A stretch of DNA of 64,000 nt from an uncultured virus (IMG/VR IMGVR_UViG_3300032038_000019) (IMGVR_UViG_3300032038_000019), one strand, 5' to 3'; positions 45,568-56,309 are shown, counted from the stretch's first letter. Made by a program: numbers and translations. The notes: generated by a model from the letters alone, not told the origin.

Positions 45568-47952
45568 TTATTTAGCATATACGTTTTTTTCAACGTTAAT
45601 ATGAGATATATTCTCAGATTTATTTACATAAATTTGAGTTTTAGACCAATCTTTCGCTTCATCCAAATGACATACATGTAGTATAAAATCATAGCTTGTA
45701 AGCATCTTATCGAAAAGCTTATGGATATTATCAAGATTGTCCTTGGCTACACGCCCAAGGCACTCATCAATAAGCGTGAAGTTCATTTTTGGAATGCTTG
45801 AAATATCTGCAAGTACAAATCTTAACGCTAATGATGCACATGTTCGTTCAAATCCGCTTCCGCTTGATAAATCAGAAACAACCCCATCTTTAATTAAATT
45901 AAACATTATATCGTTCCTGTTATTAATTGTTACTTCTACATCAAAATCGCAAACGTCAGAAAGCAGTTGCGCAAGTCTTGCATTTATGATTGGTAATGTT
46001 TTTCTCAGAACCATTTTACTAATTCCATTCTTCCCAACCATATCAAGATATATTTTCCAATTCTTAATTAACTTCTCTTCGCTTTGAATTTTTTCAATTA
46101 TAATTTCCCTTTCAGAAATTCTTTCTTTGAATTCTTCAATTTTAGCTTTATTTTGGTTTATCCAACCTAAGTTATTTTCTTTGCTTCTTCGCTTTTCTGA
46201 AATTATAATTTCATTATTCCTAATTTGAATGTCTAATTGGTTATTCTTATCAATTGCCTGTGCATTTTTTTCATATTCTTTACGCTTTAGAATCATTTCT
46301 CTTAAATCATTCCTCAGTCTTTCAATATTGATTTCTAATGCGGACTTCTTCATCGTTAAAGTGTTCTTAAGATTATACTTTTCACGATTTAGTTTCATTG
46401 ATTCAACCTTTTCTGAAATTACTTTAATTTCTTCAGAAACTTCTTTTCCTTTTGCAATAACTTCAGAAATTTTTTGTTCAAGTTCTGAAATTTTACCAGA
46501 ATTATCGACATCATCAAGTTTTCTACCGCAAGTAGGGCAATATTCACTTTTCTTTAATTGTTCTATTAGCTGATTACCTGATTTATACTGTTCAGCATAT
46601 TTAGCCCTATCGCCAAATAATTCATTCAACTTTTCAGTAAGTTTATCATATTCTTCAATAGAGAAATCAATTTCGCCAATATCTTCTATGTCATGCGTAA
46701 CAGAATCTATTTCAGCTTTTTTTATTTTACCCTTTTCTGTGGTGTCTTCAATCGCCCTATTTAAAGTGGTAATATCTATTTTTAAAACTTCATCATCAAT
46801 TATTAATTTCGATGAAAGTAAAGCATTTCTTGTTTGTTCGAATGAAGCAATTTCTTTATCAAGTTCAATATTTTTATTTGCATATTCCTTAATGAATTGT
46901 TCATTCTGCTTAATAGACACGTTAAATGCACCAATTTCGTTTTTAAGTGTTTCAGAATCATACTGATTTGAAATCAGATAAGGTTTAATTGACGTGTTAA
47001 AATGTTCCCTTGCGAGTTCATCTTTTTGTTCAAGTGGCATAAGTCCTATCCATCGTGATAAAAGCCTTCCCCTTTCAGTATCTTTTTTATCAATTAACGC
47101 ATCAAGATTAGATTCTGTTATTGACATTACCAAATCAAAATCATCCTCACGTCCAATAGCTTCTTTGATTTTTTTATTAGTTTGGATGCTGTTTTCTTCT
47201 TGTTGATTATCAATATATTCAGTTAATTCTTCTTTATTTTGACCAACTATTCTATAGTATTCAACTTTTTGCGTAGTCTTACTACGTTCGGTTCTTCTTG
47301 TAAGTGAAGGCCTTGTAAGTGTGCGCTTGATTACATATTCTTCACCATCTATTTCAAGGCTTCCTTCAACTACAACATTAGTTGCTTCTTTAAGATGTTT
47401 ATTAAAGATTTTATCTTGTGTGGCAACTTTTGGCGTCTTTCCAAATAGCAAAAAATGAATTAAATCTATAGCAAATGTTGTTTTTCCACTTTGATTATCA
47501 CCATTTAGTAATACAAGTCCTCGCAAAGTACTAAAATCAAATAGATTGCCATTTCCATATGACAAGAAATTATCCCATTTAATCCATTTGATACTGAATC
47601 TTCTATACTTGTCATAAACTTTATAATCAATTTTTCCATTTATTTCAGAATCTATTTTTTTAATTAATTCAAAGTCACAATCAACTATATTTTTAAGCTT
47701 CAAATAATCTTTGAAAAGCTTTACTTGAAAAACAGGGTCTTGAATGTTAGAAACAATATCACTTGTCAATGCAATTTTTTCACCCTTTTCATTCTTAGTA
47801 ATGAATTCTGGCGTAACTTTAATATGTTCTTTTGGTATACCGTATTTTTTAGATGTACTACCAATAACTCTATTCATCATTTCTTTAGAAAAGTCATAAG
47901 GAGAAACTTTCCAATGTAAGTTAATTCGTGCGTTTTGACCTATGTCTAGCAT
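45568..47952 (-). CDS. sbcC: SbcC/Rad50/gp46-like recombination ATPase with N-terminal extension
   Basis: NFLSYG, G.NQSGKTT, CPTCG zinc hook, SGSGFE signature, IDE Walker B, H-loop. Confidence 0.9.
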   Translation of the reverse strand: MLDIGQNARINLHWKVSPYDFSKEMMNRVIGSTSKKYGIPKEHIKVTPEFITKNEKGEKIALTSDIVSNIQDPVFQVKLFKDYLKLKNIVDCDFELIKKIDSEINGKIDYKVYDKYRRFSIKWIKWDNFLSYGNGNLFDFSTLRGLVLLNGDNQSGKTTFAIDLIHFLLFGKTPKVATQDKIFNKHLKEATNVVVEGSLEIDGEEYVIKRTLTRPSLTRRTERSKTTQKVEYYRIVGQNKEELTEYIDNQQEENSIQTNKKIKEAIGREDDFDLVMSITESNLDALIDKKDTERGRLLSRWIGLMPLEQKDELAREHFNTSIKPYLISNQYDSETLKNEIGAFNVSIKQNEQFIKEYANKNIELDKEIASFEQTRNALLSSKLIIDDEVLKIDITTLNRAIEDTTEKGKIKKAEIDSVTHDIEDIGEIDFSIEEYDKLTEKLNELFGDRAKYAEQYKSGNQLIEQLKKSEYCPTCGRKLDDVDNSGKISELEQKISEVIAKGKEVSEEIKVISEKVESMKLNREKYNLKNTLTMKKSALEINIERLRNDLREMILKRKEYEKNAQAIDKNNQLDIQIRNNEIIISEKRRSKENNLGWINQNKAKIEEFKERISEREIIIEKIQSEEKLIKNWKIYLDMVGKNGISKMVLRKTLPIINARLAQLLSDVCDFDVEVTINNRNDIMFNLIKDGVVSDLSSGSGFERTCASLALRFVLADISSIPKMNFTLIDECLGRVAKDNLDNIHKLFDKMLTSYDFILHVCHLDEAKDWSKTQIYVNKSENISHINVEKNVYAK

Positions 47953-47956
47953 ATTA

Positions 47957-48292
47957 TTATTTTTTTATAATTTTAATCTTTTTAGTTGTTTTCCTTTTAG
48001 GTTTTTCTTCTATAATTAAACCTTTAGTGTCCTCAACCACGTGCGCCATAGGTAAAACCTCGACACGTTCAGGTTTATCAATGCTTGTTCTACATTCGTT
48101 TTCTCTTGTTTGAGTGCGTTGTAGTGGGGGGCTATCATTAAATCTTCCATTTTCTATATCAAAATTTTCTTTAGGTGTTAACCCATATTTAACAATATTA
48201 AAGCCTTTAATTAAACAATCATCAATAAAAGCATCAATATCTGATATATTATTGATTTTACAATATCTTTCTATATCTTTTTTTATACTCAT
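47957..48292 (-). CDS. Hypothetical protein
   Basis: 111 aa; YC..N.I...F...KYG.TP. Confidence 0.65.
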   Translation of the reverse strand: MSIKKDIERYCKINNISDIDAFIDDCLIKGFNIVKYGLTPKENFDIENGRFNDSPPLQRTQTRENECRTSIDKPERVEVLPMAHVVEDTKGLIIEEKPKRKTTKKIKIIKK

Positions 48293-48422
48293 TTTGTTGA
48301 TTTATTGCAAATATATAAAAAATGTTAATTAAATCAAAATAATATATTAATAATATTTAAAATATCATGTAATATATTATATTTTATATATAAAATAATA
48401 TTATATATATTATAATAATATC

Positions 48423-49178
48423 ATGGACAAAAATGGAAATAAAATATTAATGGGGCTTGACGTTAGTACCAAAACTATTGGCGTTACTATTTTACTTGAT
48501 GACGGGTCAGATTATGGACAAATTATAGAATTAACTCATATTTCGCCAAAAGTACCAAACAAAATCAAAGGCATAGAAGCTTTATGTATTAAAAAGAAAA
48601 TTTTTGATGAATTTCTCGAAAAATTTAAAGGTATTGGTATTGATGAAGTGGTGATTGAAGAGCCTTTGCTTTCTTCAAATAATGAATATACCGTTGGAAC
48701 ACTTTTAAGATTCAATGGTATGCTATCTTGCTCTGCATATGAAATTTTAGGCGTTGTTCCTCAATATATATCAAGCTATGATGCTCGTAAATTTTCTTTT
48801 CCTGATTTGATGTCAATTAGAAAATACAATAAAGCAGGTAATCAATATGAAAAAAAGAAAATTATGACCGAAATTAAGAATTCTAAGCTTGTTTTATTTG
48901 GAAGTTATTCATGGGAAGTTGATAAAAAAGCCGTTCTTCAAGAGAAAGTATCTGAATTATTTCCTCAGATAACTTGGATTTATGATAAAAAAGGCGAATT
49001 GAAAAAAGAAAATTTTGATGCTACTGATAGTTATGTTGCATGCTTAGGGTATTTGAATAAGCTTAGAAAAGGTGATATAGAATTTAAAATTTCAAATATT
49101 GAAGAATTTGAAAATAAAATAGAATATGATGTTAATTATTGGGATAAAACCGTACATAGAATAACATATTTAGAATAA
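48423..49178 (+). CDS. RuvC-like Holliday junction resolvase
   Basis: GLDVST..IG, VVIEEP, AR.., K..V, FD.TDS. Confidence 0.8.
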   Translation: MDKNGNKILMGLDVSTKTIGVTILLDDGSDYGQIIELTHISPKVPNKIKGIEALCIKKKIFDEFLEKFKGIGIDEVVIEEPLLSSNNEYTVGTLLRFNGMLSCSAYEILGVVPQYISSYDARKFSFPDLMSIRKYNKAGNQYEKKKIMTEIKNSKLVLFGSYSWEVDKKAVLQEKVSELFPQITWIYDKKGELKKENFDATDSYVACLGYLNKLRKGDIEFKISNIEEFENKIEYDVNYWDKTVHRITYLE

Positions 49179-49209
49179 AAAAGGAAGGTATTATTTTACC
49201 TTCCTTTTT
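49178..49209. terminator. Bidirectional terminator
   Basis: AAAAAGGAAGGTA/TACCTTCCTTTTT. Confidence 0.8.
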
Positions 49210-49213
49210 TTAT

Positions 49214-49444
49214 TTAAATATATATTCTCCAAAACCCTTTAGGCTTATTGTTTTCATACCTTTCCAAATCTGTAACTCCATAATGTGTTATTTTATTGCC
49301 TTTAATATCAAAATGACCGATATCATGATATTCTCCCTGTGTATACCAAGGACCGTCATTTCCATATTGTGATTTATCATAATCGAGGCATTCAATCATT
49401 GAATAAAGTAGGTCACTATCAGTAAATTTTAACTTATCATTCAT
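49214..49444 (-). CDS. Hypothetical protein
   Basis: Likely start MNDKLKFTDSDL. Confidence 0.55.
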   Translation of the reverse strand: MNDKLKFTDSDLLYSMIECLDYDKSQYGNDGPWYTQGEYHDIGHFDIKGNKITHYGVTDLERYENNKPKGFWRIYI

Positions 49445-49524
49445 AATATTTTTTATTAATAAATAGTTTTTTGATTTTGTTTTATTGATTTTTTTAGGTA
49501 TATTTGCCAAAAAAATAAAAAAAT

Positions 49525-50535
49525 ATGTTACCACCAGAATTTCAAAGAATGTATTCTATATTAGCTTCATTTTTAGGTGAAGCGAAAGGGGGATTTGACG
49601 CAAATTACACACAGTTGCAATTCGGATGTCCACATTGCTCTGAAAAATATGGAAATAGGGAACTTCAAAAGTATAACCTTGAATGCAATTATTTTGTGTT
49701 TCATTGTTGGAAATGCGGTGCTGAAGACGATGATGAAATGCATGGGTCAGTATATAAGTTACTAAAATTATATGGTAATGAGCAACTTTATAAAGAATAT
49801 AAAGAATGTGTTCAATCATTAAGAGATAGTAAACTATATAACATAGATTTTGCTAAAACATTTAAAGTTGATTTAGCGCAAATAGACAATGTAAAATTAC
49901 CAAAAAGTTTTAGACCATTTAAAGAAGATAAATATTATCCGCCAAAAGCAATGGAATATCTTCAAAAAAGGGGTATTACTTGGGATATAATACACGATTT
50001 TAATATAGGCTTCACAATGTATGATGAAGAAGATAAAATGGCTTCAAATCGAATAATTTTGCCTTCATACAATAAATTTGGTGAGCTTAATTATTGGACA
50101 GGTCGTGATTTTACTGGAAATGAAAAAAGGCAAAAGTATTACAACCCAAAGGTAGAAAGACGTGACATTATTTTTAATGAAGAGAAAATACAGTGGGACG
50201 CTGATGTAACACTTGTAGAAGGGCCGTTTGACCACTTAGTAGTTCCAAACTCAGTGCCATTACTTGGTAAAGTTATTGATAAAAAATTTAAACTTTATTG
50301 GGATATAAATGCAAAAGCAAATGCAAATATTAATATTTTTATTGACGGTGATGCATTTCAAACTGCGCTTGAAACATATAAAGAATTAAACCACGGAAGA
50401 TTGTATAATAAAATAAGATACATACCTGTTGATGAAAAATACGACCCATCATTACTTTTCCAATTAGGAGGGAAAAAAACAATACTTAAACATTTAGCAA
50501 ATGCTATAAAAATAAAAGAGGTATACCTTCAATAG
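49525..50535 (+). CDS. DNA primase (Zn finger + TOPRIM)
   Basis: CPHC...HCWKC, YL..RGI, RIILP, GRD, KY.NP, LVEGPFD, DGD. Confidence 0.9.
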   Translation: MLPPEFQRMYSILASFLGEAKGGFDANYTQLQFGCPHCSEKYGNRELQKYNLECNYFVFHCWKCGAEDDDEMHGSVYKLLKLYGNEQLYKEYKECVQSLRDSKLYNIDFAKTFKVDLAQIDNVKLPKSFRPFKEDKYYPPKAMEYLQKRGITWDIIHDFNIGFTMYDEEDKMASNRIILPSYNKFGELNYWTGRDFTGNEKRQKYYNPKVERRDIIFNEEKIQWDADVTLVEGPFDHLVVPNSVPLLGKVIDKKFKLYWDINAKANANINIFIDGDAFQTALETYKELNHGRLYNKIRYIPVDEKYDPSLLFQLGGKKTILKHLANAIKIKEVYLQ

Positions 50536-50549
50536 TATACCTCTTTATT
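50511..50549. terminator. Bidirectional terminator
   Basis: AATAAAAGAGGTATAC/GTATACCTCTTTATT. Confidence 0.75.
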
Positions 50550-50560
50550 TAATTACATAA

Positions 50561-50851
50561 TTAATATCTCATATAGTCTGATAATAATTCACGACCTCTT
50601 TCTGTCTCAACATATGCAACGCCATCTTCATCAAATTCTATTTCCATCCAATCTGTTGGTTCACCACCATAGAATTTAAAGCGAGCAGCGTCGCCAGAAG
50701 GGCTTATTTGTACCTCATGCCCACCAAGGTTAGATGCGGTTTTATAACCTGTTGGTTCAAAATCATCAGATTCTTTCAATATTCTATTTACTGATTTCTC
50801 CACAATCCTGTGAAGGTCGCTTTCTGTTAGTCTTATAAGTTTCTTAGTCAT
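50561..50851 (-). CDS. Probable internal head protein
   Basis: MTKKLIRLTESDLHRIVEKSVNRILKES leader. Confidence 0.7.
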   Translation of the reverse strand: MTKKLIRLTESDLHRIVEKSVNRILKESDDFEPTGYKTASNLGGHEVQISPSGDAARFKFYGGEPTDWMEIEFDEDGVAYVETERGRELLSDYMRY

Positions 50852-50876
50852 ATTATATATATATTTAATTCGTTAT

Positions 50877-51212
50877 TTAGTGAAAATCTATAGTGTAATA
50901 ATGTATTGTTCCGCTTAAAGTCCCATTATTGATTCTTCTTAGACCAAGTTTCTCCAACATTTGTATTGCTTCTTGAACTTTTGGTAGTCTGTCATCTGCA
51001 ATGAAAAATGCATAATATGCCAAATCGTTGCCAACTCTTGTTTGTACATTGAAATCGTGACGATAACAAATATCAATAACCTTATCATCAAGTTCTTTGT
51101 AGATGCTCATATCATCCCCATCATTCTCTTTTATAATTGACGGTTTTGAACAGTTTTCGTTGTTAAACTTGTTAATGGTTTGCGAAACAACTCTTTCAAT
51201 TATCCTGTTCAT
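50877..51212 (-). CDS. Probable internal head protein
   Basis: IERVVSQTINKF.NE...IIKE leader. Confidence 0.6.
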   Translation of the reverse strand: MNRIIERVVSQTINKFNNENCSKPSIIKENDGDDMSIYKELDDKVIDICYRHDFNVQTRVGNDLAYYAFFIADDRLPKVQEAIQMLEKLGLRRINNGTLSGTIHYYTIDFH

Positions 51213-51278
51213 ATTAACAAACTTTATAATAATAAATATCTATATCACTGAAAAAAAGTCTACTTTTACATTTATTTT

Positions 51279-53321
51279 TTATACAATAGGGTCACCTGTA
51301 TTAGCATTAATTACCTTTTCCTTGAAGATTTCAAGCTCTTTATCTACTGTATAAGTGTCAGTATCAATCCTCCACGTTTTTGTGCTATTGTTAATATCTG
51401 AACGGTCTGAAACGTCAGCATATATACACCCATCCCATTGCCAAGGGTCATTACTATCAACATGATAACTATCATAACTTCCTTTCACCCCATAAATAAT
51501 ACAATCTTTACTTGATGCTTGCGAGTTTCTATAAGTATCTCTAAAAGTATGTCCTGTACCGTTACCTTTTTTCAAAGTAGGTGCTTTTTCATAGCCAAAA
51601 TACATTTCTTTTATTGAAGCGAAACCTGCTAAACAATCTGATACAAGTAAGCTAATTGTATTCCCTAAAAACAAATGATGCAAGCTGGTGTTACAATACA
51701 GACAAGCATTGTCAAGTTTTGTATATGGCGTAGGTATTCTTACTGCTGTTATATTGCCGTTATAGTATTGCATTTCATCTGGTACATTATCACCTATAAG
51801 CTTTAAAAAAACTATAACTTTATTACCATTAACAACTAATTCGTGATGATTTGAAATGTTTAAAACATAAAAAGTACCGTCATTAGTTATATATGTTTTG
51901 TCAGTTTTTTTAATTTCTATAACATCAAATGTTCCCTGATGAAGAGTAGATTGCGATGTTGTGGCTACATATATTGCTTCTACGCTACTATTAGTTTTTG
52001 ACCTATAAAGCATAATCTGAGGTCTTGTCTCTAAAGTTCTACCAACTATGCCATAGTCATAAACTAATGTCATCATCTTATCTTCCAAAAATTTGTCATC
52101 ACTTGTTGAATTACTTACACTTATCTTAGCTTTTATGCCTTCAGATTCAGTTAAATAATATGTTATTTCACCACCATCCTTTAAACTCCCTTCAGCAGCT
52201 TTTAGATATGTAAAATTGCCATCTACCGATTCATCAGTTATTCCGTCAGGAAGAATGGCTGAATAAGATGCTTCACTATCACTTGCTTTTCTATTTATAT
52301 TGATAGTAGCATTGTATATATTATCAGGATATATATAAGAGTTGTTAGAAAAATCATTTTCTTCAACATGTTTATTACTTGTAACTGTTACCGTTAACGC
52401 ACTTGATTCTTTAATATCCCATTTTTTTGGTGACACGTCTAAAGAATAAGTAATTATTTCATTTTTACTACCTGTAATTGATACTTTTAAAGATGAATTT
52501 AAAGGCCCTTCACAAATGGCTGTATATTCATTATCAGAAACATATGCTACTGTTATAGCTGATATAATTTCGTTATCAATTGTGAATGTTGCTGTCGCAT
52601 TTGGTATATTAGTATTAACCGTATACGTTGCAGTTTTGTCATTTGCTTTTTGTTTTAGTACACCAGTTGCATTTTTTTCATTATAATCATCTTTATATGT
52701 TGCAGTTACATTATATAAAGCATAATTGTTCCTGTCTACATTTTCATTAAATGTTAACTTACCATTAGTTATAGTGCCATTATCTGTAGTCCAAATAAAT
52801 TTAGATGGGTCTGAAATATATTGTACATCACCATATCTTTCACTTTTAACTATCTTAATTTCCTCACCAGGATTATCAGCATAATACCCTTTAGAATATG
52901 TTACATATTTAGGCTTATGAGAATAAATTGCTTTAAATGTGTATTCAGTAGCATCACATTCACACGTTTCACTAACAGGTGAAATTGACATTGAATTAAA
53001 TACCCAAGTAGATATTTCTTCATAAGTACTTGTTTCAATAAAACTATGCCCTACTTTTTGTGTAACTTCGTAAGATATATGCTTCCCACCTAACTGATAA
53101 AATTCAACGTTTGTTTTTCTAACATATTGTGTTGTATTTGGTTCTAAATCCAACCCAATTATATCAATTAAGCTTCCATTGTTATCATCTGTAGTTACTA
53201 TTATTTTTTTAGGTTTAGTGGTCGTGTCATATTCGTAACCCTTAGTATCATCATAAGTAAATGATAGCCAAGTTCTCCCATCGCCTGTTATTTCACCGTA
53301 CCATTCTATTTTTTTATTCAT
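51279..53321 (-). CDS. Large Ig/BACON-like virion surface protein, paralog 1
   Basis: 680 aa, T/N/Y-rich; C-terminus has BspA/LRR-like segments. Confidence 0.6.
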   Translation of the reverse strand: MNKKIEWYGEITGDGRTWLSFTYDDTKGYEYDTTTKPKKIIVTTDDNNGSLIDIIGLDLEPNTTQYVRKTNVEFYQLGGKHISYEVTQKVGHSFIETSTYEEISTWVFNSMSISPVSETCECDATEYTFKAIYSHKPKYVTYSKGYYADNPGEEIKIVKSERYGDVQYISDPSKFIWTTDNGTITNGKLTFNENVDRNNYALYNVTATYKDDYNEKNATGVLKQKANDKTATYTVNTNIPNATATFTIDNEIISAITVAYVSDNEYTAICEGPLNSSLKVSITGSKNEIITYSLDVSPKKWDIKESSALTVTVTSNKHVEENDFSNNSYIYPDNIYNATININRKASDSEASYSAILPDGITDESVDGNFTYLKAAEGSLKDGGEITYYLTESEGIKAKISVSNSTSDDKFLEDKMMTLVYDYGIVGRTLETRPQIMLYRSKTNSSVEAIYVATTSQSTLHQGTFDVIEIKKTDKTYITNDGTFYVLNISNHHELVVNGNKVIVFLKLIGDNVPDEMQYYNGNITAVRIPTPYTKLDNACLYCNTSLHHLFLGNTISLLVSDCLAGFASIKEMYFGYEKAPTLKKGNGTGHTFRDTYRNSQASSKDCIIYGVKGSYDSYHVDSNDPWQWDGCIYADVSDRSDINNSTKTWRIDTDTYTVDKELEIFKEKVINANTGDPIV

Positions 53322-53323
53322 GA

Positions 53324-55402
53324 TTAATTATTTTCGTCTACAATTTCATTATATTCAGTATACCACTCATTTGGTAAATATTCGTTTATATTTGACCGAT
53401 TAAGCGTACTATTTGGTAGTCTAAAATCATAGGTATATACACTTGGTTCAGACAACTCAGGTATGTATTTTGATATAGCATACAAATGTGATGAAAAATA
53501 TGAATCTAATATATCTGTAATTGATTTAACATTAGATGGGTCATAAGGTTCATTATTTACTGTATATTGTGCTGTAATATCAAAACTATAATAAGTTACG
53601 CTATTAGGTAATTTATTGGTAGCGCCATCATTTATTTTTATAAGCAATTGTTTATTATTATTTTTAGAAAAATGTATATTACAAGGTGACTTGTGATAAT
53701 AATTTACATTTAATGTTAGTTTTTTAGCACTATTAGACTGTGTTAATGCTATAGTATATTTAGTAACAAATCCGTATGATTTAGTAAAACCATTCCCCTT
53801 ATATGGTGTTGTTAAATATGTTGCATCAACATAAGTGTTTTTAGATTTAAAGGAAACCGTTTTTGTAGAATTATCAATTAATACATTGCTATTAGCACAA
53901 CTTAGCGTATAATCGTTTGTTTCCCCACCATATGTAGATATTACATTGCTTATTACTCTCTTCAAAACATCATCACTATATTCCAAATCAATTTCTTTTG
54001 GTGTAGTAGTGCCGTCACTCCAAGTAAACACATATTCTTTAGGTATGTTACGACTTATAGTTAATGTATCATAAACATTTGCATCTGCATTAACTGAATA
54101 TTTTGCAATACCAACCACATTATCTGCTGTAATTTTTAGATTAGTACCTTTCCCTTCAGATAAGTCTTCAACATTTTCTGGTAAGATTACTGAATAAGGT
54201 GTTACGCTATTTGTTGTAACAGTTTTGATAATAATATCTTTTTCATAAACATTTTCCTCAAAACTAATTGATACTTTAGTGTCATCATATTCAGACACGG
54301 TTTCTGAAGCTGACACAGTTACATTTAATTCGTCAGACAAATTAGCGTTCCATGTATTTGGCTCAATTGATATATTATAGTGTTTATCTTTAATGCCACT
54401 ATATTGTATTGAAGCTGTGACATCTGTTGCAATTTGTGGTATTTCACATTCAGCATAATATAATGGCTCATTAGACGAACGTAATGAATCTACTGTTACA
54501 TATTTTATATCTGTAGAATTTGTAAAGTTTAAAATTGGTGGCTCTACATTAAAGATGTATTGTTTTTTATCACTTATTCCATCGGCTAATTTAATCGTAG
54601 TATATGCCTTTTTATAATAATAATTAAATGTTACATTAGCGTCTTTTATGTTAGTGTTAACCCTATAAGTAACATTTTTTGTATTATTAGTTTGTCTAAC
54701 CGTTTGCTTATCTTTTTTATCATACCCTTTATATTTAAGTGTAACGTCAAATATAGTGTCTTCACTGACATCACCCATTAATAATGTACCATCATCATAT
54801 ATTATTGCGTTTTTGTTATTACATTCCCACACCGCATTTTCTGATGACGTACATTTTTCTTTAGTTGTGCCTGATTGTATATAATTACCATTGTCATCTA
54901 CTGCAAGAATATTAGTACCTGAATAGTAGCAATAATCAATGTATTCAAGTTCAAAATACCAATCAAATTGTATTGTACCACCACTATAATCAAAGCCAGT
55001 GCTATCATTTATGCTTCTATCGTTTTCTTTAAAGTTTAAATGTGGTGTAGCATCTTTCAATACTTTGTAAAACAAATCATGCCTGTATGAATTTAATACT
55101 TTTTGTTTAATGTGTGCTTCACATGTTTTTGGGTTTGCAAAACCAAGCTGTTTGAATTTAATAGAACAAGTTCTATAGTCAGCATCCCCAGGTTTGCCAT
55201 ATGCAGGCTGTAATTTTATTTTCACATAATCTATAGGTTTTGCATCATTATCATCAGATGAAACAATAATTTTGCCATTACCATCTTCGTCAGTAGTGAA
55301 TTCGTAACCATAGCTGTCTGTTTCAACAAATGATACCCATGACAATGCAGACGCAGGTATTTCGCCTTCCCATTCAACTTTTCTTTTTCTACTATCTATC
55401 AT
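53324..55402 (-). CDS. Large Ig/BACON-like virion surface protein, paralog 2
   Basis: 692 aa; shares N-terminal and central blocks with the previous gene. Confidence 0.6.
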   Translation of the reverse strand: MIDSRKRKVEWEGEIPASALSWVSFVETDSYGYEFTTDEDGNGKIIVSSDDNDAKPIDYVKIKLQPAYGKPGDADYRTCSIKFKQLGFANPKTCEAHIKQKVLNSYRHDLFYKVLKDATPHLNFKENDRSINDSTGFDYSGGTIQFDWYFELEYIDYCYYSGTNILAVDDNGNYIQSGTTKEKCTSSENAVWECNNKNAIIYDDGTLLMGDVSEDTIFDVTLKYKGYDKKDKQTVRQTNNTKNVTYRVNTNIKDANVTFNYYYKKAYTTIKLADGISDKKQYIFNVEPPILNFTNSTDIKYVTVDSLRSSNEPLYYAECEIPQIATDVTASIQYSGIKDKHYNISIEPNTWNANLSDELNVTVSASETVSEYDDTKVSISFEENVYEKDIIIKTVTTNSVTPYSVILPENVEDLSEGKGTNLKITADNVVGIAKYSVNADANVYDTLTISRNIPKEYVFTWSDGTTTPKEIDLEYSDDVLKRVISNVISTYGGETNDYTLSCANSNVLIDNSTKTVSFKSKNTYVDATYLTTPYKGNGFTKSYGFVTKYTIALTQSNSAKKLTLNVNYYHKSPCNIHFSKNNNKQLLIKINDGATNKLPNSVTYYSFDITAQYTVNNEPYDPSNVKSITDILDSYFSSHLYAISKYIPELSEPSVYTYDFRLPNSTLNRSNINEYLPNEWYTEYNEIVDENN

Positions 55403-55484
55403 TTTTTAAAAAAACTTTTAATATAAATATTTTGGTTTTAACATAATTTTAGATATATTTGTACTATATTAATAAAAGTTAAAT

Positions 55485-56309
55485 ATGATAAAATTAATTA
55501 TACATGCTGCTGATATACACATAAGAAACTATCAAAGACACGAAGAATATGCTGAGCAATTAACGCAATTTATTGGAAAATGTAGTGAACTTGCAAAGCC
55601 GTATAAGAAAGAAGAAGTTAGAATTGTCATAGCAGGTGATTTATTCCACCAAAAAAATACAATTTCTAATGAATTATTTGTGTTTGCTAGTTTGTTTATT
55701 AGGGAATTGGAAAACATTGCACAAGTAATAATTATTAGTGGTAATCATGACCTAATAGTTAATAATACAAGCAGAAAAGATACTATGACAGCTTTATTCG
55801 AAACTGCTAATTTTCAGAATTCAGTGTTTGTGGATTCATATTTAGGCTATGATAGTGGGACACTAATAGATGATAACGTAACATGGGCATTATTTTCAAT
55901 ATATTCTGATTTTAGACGACCTGATATTGAACAAGCAAGGGAAGAAAATCCTAACAATACAGTTATTGGGCTTTATCACGGAACAGTAGCAGGTGCAACA
56001 CTAAACAACGGCACTGTTATGCAAGACGGAACTGATGGTGATACTTTTAATGGTTGTGATTTTGTCATTGCTGGTGATATTCATAAACGGCAAGAAATAA
56101 AACGTGGTGATGTTAATATTGTATACCCTGGGTCATTAATACAACAAAGTTTTGGTGAAACTATAACGCAGCATGGGTTTTGCGTGTGGGACTTGGAAAA
56201 TAAAAAACATAAATTCATTGATTTAGATACAACCTATGGGTTGTATGACTTTCAAATTTCATCCGTAGATGATATGGATAATAACAAAGAAACCTTGCTT
56301 AATTATTAA
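55485..56309 (+). CDS. sbcD: SbcD/Mre11/gp47-like nuclease (catalytic domain only)
   Basis: ADIH, AGDLFH, GNHD, YHG, GDIHKRQ, YPGSLIQQSFGE. Confidence 0.9.
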   Translation: MIKLIIHAADIHIRNYQRHEEYAEQLTQFIGKCSELAKPYKKEEVRIVIAGDLFHQKNTISNELFVFASLFIRELENIAQVIIISGNHDLIVNNTSRKDTMTALFETANFQNSVFVDSYLGYDSGTLIDDNVTWALFSIYSDFRRPDIEQAREENPNNTVIGLYHGTVAGATLNNGTVMQDGTDGDTFNGCDFVIAGDIHKRQEIKRGDVNIVYPGSLIQQSFGETITQHGFCVWDLENKKHKFIDLDTTYGLYDFQISSVDDMDNNKETLLNY

